Of a DNA stretch of 52,499 nt, positions 50,330 to 52,499 are shown in pieces; position 1 is the stretch's first letter, and each line of letters starts with the position of its first letter. The DNA is from Chiloscyllium plagiosum. Taxonomy: Eukaryota. The notes beneath the pieces are model-generated. The model saw nothing but the letters and a program-made list of their open reading frames with translations, did no database searches and was not told the DNA's origin. The stretch lies in NCBI RefSeq assembly GCF_004010195.1, contig NC_057720.1:36127321-36179819 (forward strand), read 5' to 3'. The position numbers and the translations under genes are program-made.

Positions 50330-50442
50330 TCACTTCCTAAGCTGCTCCAACATGCTATTGCCCAGTTCTGTCAAGGAGTAATCTGAAAGTGTCTGCCTAC
50401 TGAATTGTTCCACTCGCCTGTGTAACCGTGTCGGTTTAATGG
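50330..50442 (-). CDS. Candidate terminal coding exon: IKPTRLHRRVEQFSRQTLSDYSLTELGNSMLEQLRK*
   Basis: Acceptor tcttctctctacgttag|CC, 36 open codons to TGA, ATTAAA at 50273-50268, CpGs retained, non-repeat sequence. Confidence 0.4.
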
Positions 50443-51089
50443 CTAACGTAGAGAGAAGATCAGTTTAAAAAAAAAATTTGCCACTCAGAACATTTTGAAA
50501 TATTCCCCTGAATGAAGCTCTCTAATCTGAAGCAGAAAGAGGTTTGGATGCTGACGTTGCTGAAATGTGATTAGGAAACGTTGAAATATCACAGTACTTG
50601 AAACTGTATTGAAATCATGTTGTATTGCTTTTCTGACAGAAGATCACTATATCTGGAGCTCATTATAGGATTAATGTTGGATGAAATGCTAATTCACTCT
50701 AATTCATCCAAACAGTTAATGTCTGGAATAATTCTGTCTGTTCGGCATTACTTCTATCATAAATGTTAATATCAGCAATGTTGTAGCGACATTATTGGAT
50801 CTTGACAATGCTATCACACCTCCAAGAAAGCAGCACCATGTTAAAATATAGTTAAAACATCACACTTAATAATACAAATCATGTGAGGTAGTTCATATTT
50901 CTCAGTGTTATTCTTTTCTAAATAAAGTACTTTCTTAGAGTTCGTGTAATTTTCGAGTTTTGTAGCTGGATTATTGAATGATAGTTTATATACAACATTG
51001 CCATTCATATAAGAAAATTAAAAATAGGAGCAGGAAAATGCAATTTGGCTGTAAGATAATAGCTGACCTTCTTTCCCTCAAGTCTACTC

Positions 51090-52230
51090 TCCTACACTAT
51101 TCCCATATCTTTAACTCCCTTAGTACCAAAAATATATTGATTTCTGTCTTTAGTATACACAATCACAGCGGCTTGGGCTTATGAATTCCGTACATTTACA
51201 ATCCATTCAACGAGACTTGGCTGTCCTTGTGCACAGATCACTGAAAGTTAACGTTCAGGCATAACAATAGGGAAAGCATTGGTCTGTTAGCCTTAATTAC
51301 AAAGTATTACTTGAGCTTGTAGTGCAGATTAAAGTCAGTGGGTATGATGTTGTGAGTACCACAGAGATGTGGCTGCAAGACAATCAGAACTGGGAATTAA
51401 ATATCCAAGGATATACATCCAATCGAAAGGATAGGCAGATGAACAGGGAGTCGCTTTGATCGTAATAAATGAAATTAAATCAATCGCAACAAGCAATATT
51501 GAATCAGAAGATGTAGAATCTCTGTGGGGAAGAAAGACTATGATGGGAGTTGTGTACCTCCTAACAGTTGTCAGGATGTGCGGAAGAAAATAAATTAGGA
51601 GATAGAAAAGGTATGTAAGAAAGGCACTACTACAATAATCATGGAAGACTTCAATATGTAGGTGGACTGTGAAAATCAAGTTAATGGTGAATCTCAAGAA
51701 AAGGAAGAAAGATTTAGACAGATTAGGAGAAAGGGCAAAGAAATGGCAGATGACATAAAACATGAGAAAGTGAGAGGTAGGAAGAATAGAGGCATGGACT
51801 ATTTTGTAAATGGGGAGAAAATTAAGAAATCTAAATTGCAGAGGAATTTTGGGAGTCCGAGTACAGGCTTCTTTTAAAGTAAACTTGCAGGTTGAGTTGG
51901 TAGTTTGGCAGGCAAATTTAATGTTGTCAATCATCTCGAGAGGACTAGAATATAAAAACAGGGATATATTAGCCCAGGAGCGGATGCACAGAAGGTTCAC
52001 GAGAATGATCCCAGGAATGAAAAGCTTAATACCTGTATATGAGGAACATTTGAGGACTCTGGGACAATACTCAATGGAGTTTGGAAGGATAAGGGGGTAT
52101 CTGATTGAAACTTACAGAATACTCAATGGCCTGGATAGAGTGGACATTAGTAAGATATTTCCATTGGTAGAAGAGACAAGAACCCAAGGGCACAGCCTTA
52201 GAGTAAAGGGAAGATCTTTTAGAACTGATA
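51090..52230 (+). mobile_element. Patchwork of CR1 fragments (APE-domain relic, then RT C-terminus with internal deletions)
   Basis: TEMWLQD..WELNIQGY and IMEDFN (endonuclease-like) at 51340-51660; MLSIISRGLEYKNRD..RRFTRMIPGM..TQGHSLRVKG at 51810-52244. Confidence 0.75.
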
Positions 52231-52499
52231 GGGAAATTTGCTAGAACTACTTGGGAGGATTTAAACTAGTAAGGTGGGGGGGGAGAGGTGGGAGGGACCC
52301 AGGGAGATAGTGAGGAAAGAGATCGATCTGAGACGGGTTCAGCTGAGAACAGAAGTGAGTCAAACAGTCAGGGCAGGCAAGGACAAGGTAGGACTAATAA
52401 ATTAAACTGCATTTATTTCAATGCAAGGGGCCTAACAGGGAAGGCAGGTGAACTCAGGGCATGGTTAGGAACATGGGACTGGGATATCATAGCAATTAC
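52231..52499 (+). mobile_element. Young CR1: end of ORF1 and start of the ORF2 APE endonuclease, running off the window
   Basis: GKFARTTWEDLN* followed by KLNCIYFNARGLTGKAGELRAWLGTWDWDIIAI, an APE N-terminal motif. Confidence 0.85.

Noticed and set aside
50279..50332. Possible selenocysteine readthrough (K-TGA-CFKENPVKIDKLHVGI*)
   Set aside because: No SECIS recognised, and a nearby ATTAAA fits an ordinary stop.

Overview
AT-rich, repeat-dense vertebrate DNA, mostly intronic or intergenic. The repeat families (HE1-type V-SINE, HER1/CR1-type LINEs, DeuSINE-like SINE) point to a shark or ray genome; this is an inference. Much of the window is decayed retroelements: three CR1/L2-group LINE lineages, tRNA-derived SINEs, Penelope-like elements (PLEs), a PIF/Harbinger relic with a Myb/SANT ORF, a probable solo LTR and Vingi/RTE-like relics. 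There is one 153-nt N gap. Nearly all ORFs in the supplied track are LINE fragments or their antisense shadows. The clearest structure is a set of about ten short PLE-derived insertions. Most carry a minimal hammerhead-ribozyme-like core (CTGANGA-N-stemII-GAAA) whose stem II differs between families but stays paired. Several are long fold-back palindromes, and most have 11-15 bp target-site duplications (TSDs). A few short minus-strand segments look like exons of an unidentified host gene, which I cannot name. No RNA genes, CRISPR arrays or prokaryotic features are supported. Boundaries of old repeats are approximate.
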